From: Halomicronema hongdechloris C2206
Lineage (GTDB): Bacteria; Cyanobacteriota; Cyanobacteriia; Phormidesmidales; Phormidesmidaceae
Direction: 5' to 3'
Length of the DNA: 32,000 nucleotides
NCBI RefSeq assembly: GCF_002075285.3
Contig: NZ_CP021983.2
Location: 2,220,001-2,252,000 of the forward strand
Shown here piece after piece: positions 31,349 to 32,000 of the stretch. Made by a program: the position numbers and the translations under genes. The notes under the pieces are model-generated. The model saw only the letters and a list, made by a program, of their open reading frames with translations, was not told the DNA's origin and did no database searches. Every line of letters begins with the position of its first letter. The stretch's first letter is position 1.

Positions 31349-31921
31349 ATGGTCAATACCACCACCCAACCACTCACCTTTGAGGAGTATCTGACCTATA
31401 GTGACGGCAGCGATAACCGCTATGAGCTGGTGGATGGACAGTTAGTACTAATGAATCCACCCCGCACAGAACACTTGCTGATCACCAAATTCTTAGAAAA
31501 GCAATTCGATACTGAAATTCAGCGTCTCAGCTTGTCCTGGGTGACTTTTCGGGAGGCGGGGGTTAGAACTGGATTCAATAAATCTCGCCTCACCGATCTC
31601 TGTATCGTGACGAGAGAACAAGCCAGAGAGCTACTAGGACAGTCCGCCGTATTTCAAACGGCTCCGCAACTCATCGTCGAAGTGGTGAGCCCTGACTCGA
31701 TCACCCGCGACTACCGCTATAAACGATCAGAATATGCCGCTTTGGAAGTGCCTGAGTATTGGATTGTTGATCCGCTAGAAGCCAAAGTAACCTTGCTACG
31801 GTGGGAAGAAGGTCTCTACGAAGAAACTGTTTTTACAGGTGAGCAGGCAATCACCTCCCCCAACCTCCCCGGACTGCATCTAAACGTCACCCAGGTATTA
31901 GACGCTAGCACCCTTTCCTAA
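31349..31921 (+). CDS. Uma2-family (DUF820) restriction-endonuclease-like protein
   Basis: T.EEYL......RYELVDGQL..MNPP...H, PQLIVEVVSPDS and EYWIVDP are the classic cyanobacterial Uma2 pattern. Confidence 0.85.
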   Translation: MVNTTTQPLTFEEYLTYSDGSDNRYELVDGQLVLMNPPRTEHLLITKFLEKQFDTEIQRLSLSWVTFREAGVRTGFNKSRLTDLCIVTREQARELLGQSAVFQTAPQLIVEVVSPDSITRDYRYKRSEYAALEVPEYWIVDPLEAKVTLLRWEEGLYEETVFTGEQAITSPNLPGLHLNVTQVLDASTLS

Positions 31922-32000
31922 GCCTTCTACCCTTGATCTTTCACCCTTCCCCCCTTACCTATAAAGGAAAATCACTCTCCATCCGGTTGGTCTTCCGTGA

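Overview
Cyanobacterial chromosomal window; the HIP1 palindrome GCGATCGC recurs throughout. Three parts. (1) 1-13.7 kb is mostly housekeeping. On the minus strand sits a phycobiliprotein plus chlorophyll-protein operon: a divergent allophycocyanin alpha-like gene, apcB-like, and an IsiA/CP43-like gene with a long C-terminal tail. Its layout resembles the low-light apcD4-apcB3-isiX cluster. Also here: DUF2470, a 2Fe-2S protein, DUF760, mutY, an ABC ATPase, an O-methyltransferase, secA and a GNAT. (2) 14.1-27.4 kb is a complete type I CRISPR-Cas locus with type I-MYXAN-like gene order: WYL regulator, cas6, cas3, cas8, cas7, cas5, cas4-cas1 fusion, cas2. It ends in a 28-spacer array with a 35-nt repeat. 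The cas operon is interrupted by an antisense brnT/brnA toxin-antitoxin pair, a small HTH ORF coupled to cas8, and an orphan antitoxin-like ORF after cas5. Main finding: three degenerate copies of the CRISPR repeat lie inside the cas locus. Two of them (18761-18848) form a one-unit mini-array. The first 15 nt of its pseudo-spacer match a site (18906-18920) on the putative promoter of the HTH-cas8-cas7-cas5 unit, mismatching only at positions 6 and 12. This is the architecture of CreA/CreR-type crRNA-like regulators; it is inferred from sequence only. The third copy (22896-22930) sits with a T-tract at the junction of the interference and adaptation modules. (3) 27.4-32 kb is a small toxin-antitoxin and mobile-element island. 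It holds DUF2283, two identical hicB-like genes inside a 290-bp direct repeat that brackets an IS630 element and a UPF0175/PIN pair, then a lone MNT nucleotidyltransferase and a Uma2 endonuclease. No tRNA or rRNA genes were recognised. All homology calls rest on motif recognition by eye, not on database searches.
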